A stretch of DNA of 64,000 nt from the IMG/VR virus record IMGVR_UViG_3300044729_003978, one strand, 5' to 3'. The notes beneath the pieces are model-generated. The model saw nothing but the letters and a program-made list of their open reading frames with translations, searched no databases and was not told where the DNA came from. Origin of the DNA: an uncultured virus (IMG/VR IMGVR_UViG_3300044729_003978). Lineage: Duplodnaviria; Heunggongvirae; Uroviricota; Caudoviricetes. Below are positions 27,212-37,899 of the stretch, in pieces (positions within the stretch are counted from its first letter, which is position 1; each line of letters starts with the position of its first letter). The position numbers and the translations under genes were made by a program.

Positions 27212-30200
27212 TTGGAAAATTTTCTGCTGAATTTTGCAGCCCAAATAGATGTAGGAAGAATTGTAATAAGCCCAGGCGTAAAAAATACGCTTGCGGCTTT
27301 AGGCAAAATAGGCGGCGGAACAACAACTAGCAAGGTAAAACAAACAGTAGAGCTTGATGTAAAGACTATTGGAAGGGTTAGTGATCTCGGTTCAGATCTA
27401 GCAGCGCAAATAAGAAAATCTTTAGATAAGATAAAGATAACCCCGACTAAGATACTAGACGAGGCTTCTCTTTCAAAAGTAAACTCTAGACTAGAACAGA
27501 TTCCTGTTATAATAAAATCCATAAATGCGGCAATAGCTGGGATCAAGGCTGTTCCTTCTATCGTCCCAGAGCCAGAAAGAGAGCTAGGCAGATTATCTAC
27601 ATTAAGAAAATCCCTTAAATCTATAGAGGCTGAGGCAAACAAAGCTCTTAAGTTACAATTCTCTCTAGAGCTAGGCGAAATAAGAGGCTTTGATTCAAGC
27701 ATAGCAAATGCTAGAAGCAACGTAAAAAATCTTCAGGATCAGTTAGATAAGCTAAAGGCCGCCCCGTCAAAAAGCCTAGACATTCAGAAACAAACTGAAA
27801 CAGCAAATGCCGCATTTCTAAAAATGCGGGATTTAAGACAGCAAAGAGCGGCTCAAAAAAATCTTTCTCCAGATGAGAAGCTAGCTCTTCAGGCACAAGA
27901 AAAGGAAGCTAGAGACGCGTTGGCAAAGATAGAGGCTAGAAGAGCTTCTAGTAAAAACGTAACTCAACAGATAGCTGAAGCGGAGGCAAAAAGATCTAAA
28001 GGGGCCACGGCTCAGTTTAATTTAGGATCTAGTTTAAAGGCCGAACAAGAGCGAGCTAAACAGGAAATAGAAAAAGCTAGAGCGCGTTTAGAAGCCGAGC
28101 AGCTAGGCCTTTCTATAATCCAAGAGCAATCAGCGGCTAGGTCTTTAACACCAGAGCAGACTAAAAAAATACAGGCTAAAGAAGCGGCAATATCTTCAGT
28201 GGAAGCAAAGAAGACTGAGATATCGAAGGCTTTTGATCAAATAAATAAAGAAATAGCCGACTTACTAGATAAGGAGCGTAAATCAGCTCAAAAGGTTATA
28301 GACGACTATAACAAGAAAAGGGCAGAAGTTTTACAACAATTTAAGGGTAAAAGAAAAGATCTACCAGCTAGAACCAAAGCGCTAGAAGCCCTGGAAGCAC
28401 AATTCCCAAACCTGTTAGAAGCCCAAAGCGCTATAGGTTTTTCTGGTTTTCAACCAAAGACCAAAAAATTTCAAGAACTTAAAAAGAAGCAAGAAGCCGC
28501 AGCTCAAGCGTTTACCGAGTCAAATCAAGGGGTTGAGGCCGCAAAGAAAGAACTTGAAGAGACTAGGGCTAGTGTCCTAGAGCAGAACAAGAAAAAGGCT
28601 GTCACAAAAGACGTCTTAGATCAGCAAAATAAAGTTAACGAGGCCGCAAAAAAACTTGCGGATATTGAAAAAGCTTCACAAGAAAAAGTTAATAAGCTCA
28701 GACAAGATTACGAAGCACTAGGAATATCGGTTGCTAAAGCCGCCGAGAAAAAATCGCAATTAGAAAAACTCAAGTCAGAAGGAAAGACCGGCCTTGAAGG
28801 AATAGATGCACAGATTGAAAAAGCAAAAAAATCACTAAATGAAATTCAGCAAAAACTTGTTGTTTCTGGAGAAAGCCCGAAACTTACAAGAGCATTCCAA
28901 GATGCGAGAAAAGAGTTTGCTTCAGCTTTAGCAAACAGAAAACAGGCACTTGACACTCAAAAATCTGTTGAGCAAGAAATACTAAATTTAGAAAATCAAA
29001 TAAACGCTCAAAAAACAATTCAGATAGATTTAGAAAAACAACAGGCTGCTGCGATATCCGCAAAATCTGGAAATCTAAAGCAGGATATAGCGCTAAGAGA
29101 AAAAATAGAAGATATAATAAATAGGGCTATTATAGCCGAGAAAAATTTACAAAAACAAGTATCTGATTCTTACGCTAGAGTTGGAAAAAACGCACCACAA
29201 AAAACGGAGACAGAACTTAGAACCTCCGCTTTAGCTAGACTAGGTGTTTCAGAACCAGAAATAAATCAACCTACCGAAGAAACACTAAAAAGAATAAAAA
29301 CCGCCAGACCTTCAGCCGCTGCAAGTAGGGCTGATGAGCGCGTTTCTAAAATTGAAACCTTAGATTCTCAAGAAAGGCTTAGAGTTCTTAATGAGAGAAT
29401 AAGGACATTGGCAATAAAAAGGGTTGAGACGGAAAGAATTAGCATAAAGCCGAGTCTGGATTATCCAACGCCTAGAGAAACCATTGATAGGGCATATACT
29501 AAAACACCCGCCGTCACCCCACTAGGCACAGTAGAGGAGTCTATAAGAGAAAGAGTTTTTGCAGAATTAAAGCCATCTGATCAAGCGTCAGAAGTGAGCG
29601 CGATTAGACAAGTAAACACTTTAATTAAAGAGCAAGTTGAGCTTAAAAAAGAAGCTTTAAGACTTGCGTCGCAAGAAGGCGAAGCTAGAAGGAAAGCCTT
29701 AGAAATAGAGGCTAAGCTCGAAAAGTTAACCAATATTGAAACTAGAAATAGAGGCAAGATAGCAACAGCTCTTGCGGCTCAAGGTTTTAATTTTGATCCT
29801 TATACAGGAGTAGCGACTAAAGCTGTTCCGCCAGGACAAACGGCGCCTAGACCATTAAATATTTACCCACAATCAACACCTAGAGAGGCAGTGCTATCAA
29901 AAATCGGTATTAACGAGAGTGAAGTTGATTATGCTACGACTGCAGAACTTAATTTTCAAGGCGCTACTAGAGTAGCGAAGAGTATAGCTAACGCAGAGGC
30001 TAGACTAGCTAGAGCGGGGCGACAAGAATTAGAAAACGCAAAACTAGTATCGAATAGATCTGTAGCCGCAGGAGATCTTAGAAGAAATTTAGTAGATTTA
30101 ATTCAAAGAGATCTAGATTTATCGAGAAGAAGAGTTGCGCTTTCTGGTGGCGAAGCACCAACTTTAGCACAATCTGCGAATAGAGTTATTAGTCGCACAT

Positions 30201-33200
30201 TTGGCACTGGTCCTTCAGCACCTAGAACAGTAGGTGGCGCAGTTGACGTTTTTACTTATGATGAAGAAGCAGGAGCGGTTGAAGCGTTAAAAAGAGTGTC
30301 GGATGCTAGAAGAGAACAAGTACAGGCAATAAGACAAGTTAGAGCAGAAGAAAGAGCCGCTGCAGAGGCAACTAGAAATGCAGCTAGAGCTGCTCAACAG
30401 GCAGCTAGAAATGCCGCTAGAGAGGAAAGAACAGAAACAGACAGAAGAGCCAGGGCTATAGAAAGAATAAACGCTCTCATAGAAAGATCAGCGCTTTTAT
30501 ACGAGCGTCAAGCAAGAGCATCAAACGCGCTGTCTAGGTCTGGGGTGCCAGGTATTCCAACTCAGCGAATCGATCAAGCAGCTTTAACAGCTAATGCTTC
30601 TAGATTAATAACTGGCGGCGCCGATCTAACAGGCCTGTCTTCAACTGAATTAGGTAATTTAGAGAGATCTGGAAGAGGTAGATTGCGTGCACAACAGGCT
30701 GAACTAAGAGAGTTTAATTCAGCTGTCAAGGAGGTTAGTGCTGGAACTAGATCTGCGTTCGAGTTAATTTCAAAGTATTCAGACAACGCTTTTGATAGAT
30801 TTGGCGCTAGAGTTGGTCTTGCCAGTGAAAGGTTGGCAGCTTATGTAATAAGCGGTGCCGGCTTATACTCAGCGATAGCAGCAACTAGACAGGCTATAGT
30901 AGAAACCGCACTGTTAGAGAAAGAAATTACGAGTGTTCAGCAGATTTTCGACACTTTAGGTACTAGTGGCGGAGAGAATGTGGGTTTGGCTGCAACATTT
31001 GATGCTGCATCAAAAAGAGCATCTGATCTAAAAGAACAAGTTTTAGCGATATCTCAGGTTACTGGAGCCAAGCCTGTAGAAATAGCGCAGTCGGCCAAAA
31101 CACTTGCTGCGGCAGGATTTGCTGATCCTCGAAAATCTGGCTTTGCAGAAACAATATCTGCAGTTTCTTTTGCAACACTAGGACCAAGCTTTGGTAATAG
31201 TCAAGAAGTTATAGACGGTCTTATCGCTTCTATAAATCAGTTTAATAGAAGTCTATCAGAAACACCTTATATTTTGGGGTTGGTAAATCAATTCTCAAAA
31301 GATTATGCTGTTGAAGCTCAAGATCTCTTCGAATCTATAAAGAGAGGCGGTGGTGCTTTTAGCGCTGTTGGCGGAAATTTAGAAGATTTTATAAAACTAA
31401 CAACTATAATTAGAGAAACTACAAGAGAAGCTGCGCCAGTAATAGGCACGTTTATTAAAACACTCTCATCTAGACTTTACTCAACCGCTGCAGAAAATCT
31501 TTTTGGACAGCTAGGAATAGACACGAAACAGATAACAGATCCTTACGAAAGACTTCTTGAGCTATCCAGAAAGCTGAAAGGCTTAGGCGAACAAAACGTT
31601 CTACCACTTTTATCAAAGATAGTTGATAGTCGTCAGGCTGGTCGTTTTGCCTCCTTGGTTAAGGTATTAGGAGAGTTTGACACAAGGTTTGGAACATCTG
31701 AAGAGATAAGAGCCAAAGCCGTGAATTCTATCGCTGAAGATGCCAAGAAAAGATTAGACGATATAGGCCCAACCATAGATAGAATAAGAAACAGTTATTT
31801 TAAATTTGTAGAAAATATATACAACAATCCAGCAACTAAAGCTCTTCTAGATATACCAGCCGGCCTCTTAGGCGCTCTTTCAGAGGTTCCAAAGCTAGGA
31901 TTTTCCGTTGGTAAGGCAGATTTTAACGCTGCAAATTTTATAAATCCTCTAGCGCAAGGTGGCGCAGCAATAGGTATAGCAAGCGTAATAAGAGGTTCTA
32001 TAAGAGCTTTCCAACAAAACGGTCTTAGCGTTAGACAAAATACTGCATCACTAGATCAGCTTAGAGGATCTGTTAACGCATTAACACTTCAAATGGGCGG
32101 TAGAGCTGTAGCCCCAGTTGGTGGCCAGCCTGGGCGAGGAGGCGGTATATTTGCTGGATTCAGAGGCGGTGGAGCGGGAGCCGCTATAGCTCTAGCTGGA
32201 GCCACTCTAATACCAGGTTTAGTTAACTCCATTCTTCCAGCTCTAGAATTAGAGGCTGATACTTCTAGTAATATAGCAGCTGGTGTTCAGGGGGGAACTC
32301 TAGCTGGAGTTGTGGCGAGATCGCTAGGCGCAGGATTAAGAGGAACGGCTATAACTGCAATTGTAGGCACAGCGGTTTCCGCAGCTTCTTCTGAATTTGA
32401 GAATAGAAGACAAAGGCAATTATTAGAAGAACAAAAAAGACAAGCGGAGGCAGCAAAAAGTACGAGTGAGCTATTTGATATAGGTAAAACTGGTCAGATT
32501 AAAAAAACCGATGTTATAGCGCCTACAAAAGAAGCTAGAGCTTTTATAGATGGCGTAGTTAAGTCAGATAGATTTGATAAATTTAAAAATTTAATACCTA
32601 GTCTATTACTAGACCCTGGTTTAGAACGAAATAGGGTCGAGATAGCTAAAACTGAAGACTTGGCAACAAAAGCCGCAAAAAATCTTAATTTAGACCCAGA
32701 TGCATTAAGAAATGGTCTTGAAGATCTTTCACAAAATCTCAGAACCTCTCTAGAAACAGCTCTTACTAAACGTTTAAAAGATGTGCCAGATACACTAGAG
32801 GGTAGAAAACTAGCTATAAAAGACGTTGCAAAACAATTTTCTGAAAAAATAACAATACAAGGTAAACAAATAGATTCTGAAGTCATAGAAAAATCTCTAA
32901 GTGACCAATTTTTAAGAGTTAACAGCCAAACACGAGAATTGTCTCAATCTTTTGGAGATTTCAGAGTGGCTGTGAAATCTCTATACGAAGAGTCTGAAAT
33001 AGCTGGAAGAATTTTAAATACTCTAGGATCTACTATAAGTAGGACTGTAGAAATACAAAATACAGGAATACAAAGAGTTTTAGATTCAGCAAACAGATCT
33101 TTGGCGTCTCCAGAGTTTACAAAAAGACTTACAACAAATCCTTTTGCATTTCAAACAACTCAACAGCTTCAACAAAGCGCTTCTATAAGAACTGTTTCAA

Positions 33201-34951
33201 ACACGATATCTGAACTTTCAAACATTAAACCTGTAGATTTATTATCTAGCTCAATAAAAGAGACAGCTCTGATTATAGACGGTTTTTTAAATGAGATTTC
33301 TGTTGCAACACCAGCTATAAGAGAAGGATTGATAAGAGTTTTATCGGATCAATCTTTAAGAGATATAGGCGGTATAGGTAGAGATGCTGAAGAAGTAACA
33401 AATGAAGATAGACAAACGATTGTTTCTCAAAGGGTTACAAATGAAGCATTGAAGTTTCAAACAGAACAAGCCTTTTCGGCTCTCAAAGAGCTAGGCCCGT
33501 CAAGCAAGAAATTATTCGAGCTAATAACAACCTCTGCCCCACTAGGAATACAACCATTTGATTTAAGAGAACTCTCTAAGGCTTTAACTTCTGGAGAAGC
33601 AAGTTCTGGTCTTAGAATACTAGGCTTGCAAGGAGCTGAACAGAAACTAAGAGAACAAGCAAACCTTCTCATAGAGAGGCAAAACCAATCTATTCAAGCT
33701 CAAATACAGGCGTCAGAAGCTTTAATCGCCGCCCTTTTTGAAAGGAGAAATAACGAACTAGAGTCAATACGATTGTCTAGAGATAATCAGATAGCACTTC
33801 TAGGTTTTAGTTCAACTTTAGGCTTGGTTACTAAAGAGTTTGCGTCGGCCCAAGCTAGTATAATAAAGAGTGGGGAAATATCTTTTAGAGAGGCTGGCCT
33901 GCCTAGCGGAAACATAAGCGGAATATCTAACACAATTAATCTTATAAAGTCTGTTCAGAATGCATTAAGTGGAGCAATTAAAGCTACTGGAACGCCAGGG
34001 TTTTCACAAACAACTGAGTTCCAAGCTTTAGCTGGACAAATAGCAGCGATTAACAGATCTCTCCCAGGATTTGGTTTAAATAATAAAATCAGCACAAGCG
34101 ATATTGGAAAAACCGCAGCAGATCTAGCCTCCTCTAGAGCTTTACTAGAAAGATCTATACAGGAGGTTTTCGCTAATTTACAGGATAAATTTAGAAACTT
34201 CGGAGAAACCGTAGATTTAATTGGAAACAAGATACAAGCACAAAGAGCAACACTAGACGGTATTATAACTAAGTTATTCTCTGGAGGTCCAGCAGAAAGG
34301 GCTATAGCAAAGTCTTCGCTAACAACTGCTCAGCAAAATGTAGAAAGAATAATAGCTAGGCTAAATAAACTAGACCCAAACATTTTGGCTAGCGGTACTG
34401 GTCCAAATAACATTCTATCTAGACAGGATGTAGCTGATGCCATAAGTCCTTTAATTTCAAGCCTTTCAGAAAGAGATTTTACTGCACTTAGAGAGCTTAT
34501 AAGTTTAGCTGGATCTAATCAATTCACGGCGGGAGGTACTGGCGAACAGATAAAAGCTGCTATTGACGCGGCCTTGTCTAAGATATTACCAACATTTGGT
34601 ATAGCCGCTGGACAGAAAGATATTGCAGCAAATGTTTCAGCTGGGCAAGCAGCATTAAATGAGGCAAATAGAATTTTACAGGAGATAAACAGAGCAAGCT
34701 CTGAACAAGCAAATATAATGAGCGGAAATCTAAGCCTAGTTTCTTCCGAAGTGAACAATCTGTCAGCAGCAATAGCAGCAATACCAAAGAAGATAGAACT
34801 TGTTGTAAGCGGAATAAACAATGTATCTGTTGATTTTGATATAACTGATGTTCAAACTTCTGTGGCTTCCATTGGTCAAGAGGTATACAAACAGGTTGTT
34901 CAAACTCTAACTGAAGGATTTAGAAGAGCCGGAGTACCAGTTCAGTTATGA
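27212..34951 (+). CDS. Tail tape measure protein (2579 aa)
   Basis: Long Ala/Glu/Lys/Gln coiled coil; TMP core (LEKEITSVQQI...EIAQSAKTLAAAGF...DLFESIKRGG); Gly/Ala hydrophobic segments. Confidence 0.9.
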   Translation: MENFLLNFAAQIDVGRIVISPGVKNTLAALGKIGGGTTTSKVKQTVELDVKTIGRVSDLGSDLAAQIRKSLDKIKITPTKILDEASLSKVNSRLEQIPVIIKSINAAIAGIKAVPSIVPEPERELGRLSTLRKSLKSIEAEANKALKLQFSLELGEIRGFDSSIANARSNVKNLQDQLDKLKAAPSKSLDIQKQTETANAAFLKMRDLRQQRAAQKNLSPDEKLALQAQEKEARDALAKIEARRASSKNVTQQIAEAEAKRSKGATAQFNLGSSLKAEQERAKQEIEKARARLEAEQLGLSIIQEQSAARSLTPEQTKKIQAKEAAISSVEAKKTEISKAFDQINKEIADLLDKERKSAQKVIDDYNKKRAEVLQQFKGKRKDLPARTKALEALEAQFPNLLEAQSAIGFSGFQPKTKKFQELKKKQEAAAQAFTESNQGVEAAKKELEETRASVLEQNKKKAVTKDVLDQQNKVNEAAKKLADIEKASQEKVNKLRQDYEALGISVAKAAEKKSQLEKLKSEGKTGLEGIDAQIEKAKKSLNEIQQKLVVSGESPKLTRAFQDARKEFASALANRKQALDTQKSVEQEILNLENQINAQKTIQIDLEKQQAAAISAKSGNLKQDIALREKIEDIINRAIIAEKNLQKQVSDSYARVGKNAPQKTETELRTSALARLGVSEPEINQPTEETLKRIKTARPSAAASRADERVSKIETLDSQERLRVLNERIRTLAIKRVETERISIKPSLDYPTPRETIDRAYTKTPAVTPLGTVEESIRERVFAELKPSDQASEVSAIRQVNTLIKEQVELKKEALRLASQEGEARRKALEIEAKLEKLTNIETRNRGKIATALAAQGFNFDPYTGVATKAVPPGQTAPRPLNIYPQSTPREAVLSKIGINESEVDYATTAELNFQGATRVAKSIANAEARLARAGRQELENAKLVSNRSVAAGDLRRNLVDLIQRDLDLSRRRVALSGGEAPTLAQSANRVISRTFGTGPSAPRTVGGAVDVFTYDEEAGAVEALKRVSDARREQVQAIRQVRAEERAAAEATRNAARAAQQAARNAAREERTETDRRARAIERINALIERSALLYERQARASNALSRSGVPGIPTQRIDQAALTANASRLITGGADLTGLSSTELGNLERSGRGRLRAQQAELREFNSAVKEVSAGTRSAFELISKYSDNAFDRFGARVGLASERLAAYVISGAGLYSAIAATRQAIVETALLEKEITSVQQIFDTLGTSGGENVGLAATFDAASKRASDLKEQVLAISQVTGAKPVEIAQSAKTLAAAGFADPRKSGFAETISAVSFATLGPSFGNSQEVIDGLIASINQFNRSLSETPYILGLVNQFSKDYAVEAQDLFESIKRGGGAFSAVGGNLEDFIKLTTIIRETTREAAPVIGTFIKTLSSRLYSTAAENLFGQLGIDTKQITDPYERLLELSRKLKGLGEQNVLPLLSKIVDSRQAGRFASLVKVLGEFDTRFGTSEEIRAKAVNSIAEDAKKRLDDIGPTIDRIRNSYFKFVENIYNNPATKALLDIPAGLLGALSEVPKLGFSVGKADFNAANFINPLAQGGAAIGIASVIRGSIRAFQQNGLSVRQNTASLDQLRGSVNALTLQMGGRAVAPVGGQPGRGGGIFAGFRGGGAGAAIALAGATLIPGLVNSILPALELEADTSSNIAAGVQGGTLAGVVARSLGAGLRGTAITAIVGTAVSAASSEFENRRQRQLLEEQKRQAEAAKSTSELFDIGKTGQIKKTDVIAPTKEARAFIDGVVKSDRFDKFKNLIPSLLLDPGLERNRVEIAKTEDLATKAAKNLNLDPDALRNGLEDLSQNLRTSLETALTKRLKDVPDTLEGRKLAIKDVAKQFSEKITIQGKQIDSEVIEKSLSDQFLRVNSQTRELSQSFGDFRVAVKSLYEESEIAGRILNTLGSTISRTVEIQNTGIQRVLDSANRSLASPEFTKRLTTNPFAFQTTQQLQQSASIRTVSNTISELSNIKPVDLLSSSIKETALIIDGFLNEISVATPAIREGLIRVLSDQSLRDIGGIGRDAEEVTNEDRQTIVSQRVTNEALKFQTEQAFSALKELGPSSKKLFELITTSAPLGIQPFDLRELSKALTSGEASSGLRILGLQGAEQKLREQANLLIERQNQSIQAQIQASEALIAALFERRNNELESIRLSRDNQIALLGFSSTLGLVTKEFASAQASIIKSGEISFREAGLPSGNISGISNTINLIKSVQNALSGAIKATGTPGFSQTTEFQALAGQIAAINRSLPGFGLNNKISTSDIGKTAADLASSRALLERSIQEVFANLQDKFRNFGETVDLIGNKIQAQRATLDGIITKLFSGGPAERAIAKSSLTTAQQNVERIIARLNKLDPNILASGTGPNNILSRQDVADAISPLISSLSERDFTALRELISLAGSNQFTAGGTGEQIKAAIDAALSKILPTFGIAAGQKDIAANVSAGQAALNEANRILQEINRASSEQANIMSGNLSLVSSEVNNLSAAIAAIPKKIELVVSGINNVSVDFDITDVQTSVASIGQEVYKQVVQTLTEGFRRAGVPVQL

Positions 34952-35577
34952 GTGCAGAAAAACTATTAATAGGTTCAGCTCAAGCATTTTTTCTTGGAGC
35001 GTTTGCAACAGTTAGTGGTACTTCTACCTTATTTATATCTGGAACTGGAAATATAGCATCTGGAGCAATGCCGCTTTTCTTAAGGGCGGTTGATTCAAAA
35101 AATGCAAATCTAACTCTTACACTTTTAGCTTCTTCAAGAACATACTCATGGGAAAGCCTTGGGGATTATTGGCAAAGATATAACACAGCCTGTGATGTTT
35201 CTGCCAGTTATTTTTGTACTGATTGGGAATATATGCCTTACTCGGCGTCTCAAGCGTCAGGTGCCTCAAGCTATATTACCATGTTCACATCTGGAAGCTA
35301 CAGATCTGCAAGAAACTACCAATTACCACTTTTCATGTCTTGCTCGGGCGATGGTGTAGCAAATAACAATTTAAGTCTGTTTTTATACGCGCAAAATAAT
35401 GAGACAGTTCATTCTGGTTCTACCACGCTTTTTAATTTAGGCCACGGTATTTCAAATGAAACTATCACAATGACTATAAGTGGAGAGATGCCGTCTTCTA
35501 GCGGTTTAATTACAATGGTATGTAATTCTTACGATAGAGCAGAGACTACTATAAAACTTTTTACATCGGGTATATAA
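34948..35577 (+). CDS. Hypothetical virion protein with repeated (M/L)xLF...SG motifs
   Basis: Ser/Gly/Thr-rich; ATGA overlap with the tape measure stop. Confidence 0.6.
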   Translation: MSAEKLLIGSAQAFFLGAFATVSGTSTLFISGTGNIASGAMPLFLRAVDSKNANLTLTLLASSRTYSWESLGDYWQRYNTACDVSASYFCTDWEYMPYSASQASGASSYITMFTSGSYRSARNYQLPLFMSCSGDGVANNNLSLFLYAQNNETVHSGSTTLFNLGHGISNETITMTISGEMPSSSGLITMVCNSYDRAETTIKLFTSGI

Positions 35578-35583
35578 TATAAT

Positions 35584-36378
35584 ATGGGAACGCCACTAAC
35601 AGGACAAACTCCAGCAGAGACATATAAGGACTTATTAAAGTTAAGCAATAGCAATAATGGTATTGACGGAACCCTAAGATATTTAGGAGATGGTGAGGGC
35701 CAAGACTCAACGGTTAAAATATCTACTTCTGGAATCGACGTATCTGGAACAATATATTTATCAGGAACAATTCTTTCTGCTTCTGTTGATCAAATAAATA
35801 AGCTAAACAGAACAGTTGTAGATGGAATTGTCGAGGCTAGCAAGGTTTTAGTTGCAGACAACAACAGGGGTCTTAGCACTCTTGGCGGAGACATAGATTT
35901 ACTTTCAAATAGCGCTGGTCTTTCTAATGGCGTTGTTTCAAATTTAGGCTTTGGTCCTTTTGGTTATGTAATGAATGATCTAGGATCAACTAGCGGCATA
36001 GTAATAAATCCAGCTAGCGGCTCTATTTTTAAAGCTGTAATAAATTCAACAACCACAGCATTGTCTTTTCAGATACCAAACTATGTTTTAAATGATTATT
36101 ACGCATCTACACCAAGAGCTTATTGGGTAAGACTTTTTGTTGTTCAAGACGCAACAGGCGGAAGGTCAATAACATGGCCTGCTACAGGCCAAGCGAACGG
36201 TAATTTATATTTCCCATCTGGTCAATGGACGTCTGTATCAGAAAGATACCCAAAAATATCTGGAGTATCTTATTCTCCATCATCTGGAGAAATAGACATA
36301 TTTGATTTCTGGACCTATGATTACGGAGTAAATTGGCTAGGTAATAGAGCAGCTTCTGGGATAAATAGAAATGGCTAA
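35584..36378 (+). CDS. Tail fibre/receptor-binding-like protein
   Basis: C-terminal LFVVQDATGGRSITWP...IDIFDFWT..G..WLG domain common in phage fibres; GGGTAT promoter variant at 35568-35573. Confidence 0.6.
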   Translation: MGTPLTGQTPAETYKDLLKLSNSNNGIDGTLRYLGDGEGQDSTVKISTSGIDVSGTIYLSGTILSASVDQINKLNRTVVDGIVEASKVLVADNNRGLSTLGGDIDLLSNSAGLSNGVVSNLGFGPFGYVMNDLGSTSGIVINPASGSIFKAVINSTTTALSFQIPNYVLNDYYASTPRAYWVRLFVVQDATGGRSITWPATGQANGNLYFPSGQWTSVSERYPKISGVSYSPSSGEIDIFDFWTYDYGVNWLGNRAASGINRNG

Positions 36379-37897
36379 CGTATATATTAATGGAAAAAGA
36401 ATAGTTCCAGCTCCACTGTACGCAATATCTCATGATATTACTAGGACTAACGGTGGAGTAATAATATCCTGCGTATATTCAATATCCCTTACTGGCAGTA
36501 TTCTAGCAAATAGAGGATATCCGTCTAGCACTGGAGCGTTTTCAACAAGCGCTTCAGATGGTTTAGATTTAGATGAATCTTCATCAATCAGAACACAACA
36601 ACAAAGATTCAAATCTTTACTTAACAAGCAGTTAGCGCTAAAGCAAGAAATTCTATTAGAGGGTTCTGGTTATGGGGCTAATAGAACTGTACAGATAATT
36701 AATACGACTGGTGGGGGAAATGGTCAAACTAATGATAAAATAGAGTTTAATTATTTTACGTCAAATATAGAATTTGAACCATCTACCACGACAGATATAT
36801 CAAATTATACCATAACACTACAGGCAAATGATGTAAGATTAAATAACAGAAGTATAAACCCAGCCTCTGGTTCTTTTCAAGATTATTATTTAAGATCCGC
36901 TTCAGACACTATGAGTGTCCAAGCATCAAACGATTATGATAACACATATACGGTCACTAGATCTGTAAAGGCTCAGGGTTACAAGCTTTACGATTCAGAT
37001 GTGGCTGGCAGTACAGTAGGAACAAGCGGTTGGGCTTCTGCTAAGGCGTGGGTAAAATCACAGTTTGGTAATGATATAAGAAGCTCGCCAACAGTTGGGC
37101 AAACTGGCGAATTTCCAGTTATAACGCTACCAAGCGATTATGAATATGTAAATGCTACAGTATCCGAAGATGTAGATAGACTTGGTGGCGAATACGGTAT
37201 AACAATAAGCTGGACATATGCCCCCAAAAATACTAGCGGTGTTTATTATTCCTCTGATGATTATACAATATCTCAAACAAAAACAAACATAGGATCTAAA
37301 AACCTATTCAAAATAAGCGGTGTTGTAAAAGGTTATCAAGATAATACTAGAGTAAAAAAGGCTTACGAAGTCGCAAAACTATATTTTGACGAATCTGTAA
37401 ACATTAGTGCGAACCTTTCAAATAGGATAGCTAATAAACTAGGTGTTGAATCTTCCTCCATCAAAGGACCAGTATCTTCAGTAATAACACATAATGAGTT
37501 TGGCGGTTCTATAAACTATGACTTCGATTTTTATCAAAGACCAACGGGTCTTCCAGCGGCTTTTTCAGATGTAGACGTTACGATGTCTAAAAACAACAAC
37601 GAAAGAATTATTGCTGAGATTGGTATACCAGGAAGAACTGCCGGGCCAATAATACAAGATATTAAAACTAAACAGGCTAAAAAGAGATCTGTTAATGCTT
37701 CCTTTTTATTGGGCGTTTCAGGGTACGATTTTTCTATTATTGAAGATTTAAGAAGTAGTGGGCTTAATTATTTAAGTGATATAAAAGCAACACCAACTGG
37801 TACGGAAAACACGCATTTCTGGATGACAGGATTTTCTCATAATCTAGATATATCAAATGGAAAATATTCTATAGACGCTAACTACACGGAGTTATAA
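36371..37897 (+). CDS. Tail tip/distal-tail-like structural protein
   Basis: 508 aa, beta-rich (Ser/Thr/Tyr), downstream of the tape measure. Confidence 0.5.
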   Translation: MANVYINGKRIVPAPLYAISHDITRTNGGVIISCVYSISLTGSILANRGYPSSTGAFSTSASDGLDLDESSSIRTQQQRFKSLLNKQLALKQEILLEGSGYGANRTVQIINTTGGGNGQTNDKIEFNYFTSNIEFEPSTTTDISNYTITLQANDVRLNNRSINPASGSFQDYYLRSASDTMSVQASNDYDNTYTVTRSVKAQGYKLYDSDVAGSTVGTSGWASAKAWVKSQFGNDIRSSPTVGQTGEFPVITLPSDYEYVNATVSEDVDRLGGEYGITISWTYAPKNTSGVYYSSDDYTISQTKTNIGSKNLFKISGVVKGYQDNTRVKKAYEVAKLYFDESVNISANLSNRIANKLGVESSSIKGPVSSVITHNEFGGSINYDFDFYQRPTGLPAAFSDVDVTMSKNNNERIIAEIGIPGRTAGPIIQDIKTKQAKKRSVNASFLLGVSGYDFSIIEDLRSSGLNYLSDIKATPTGTENTHFWMTGFSHNLDISNGKYSIDANYTEL

Positions 37898-37899
37898 TA

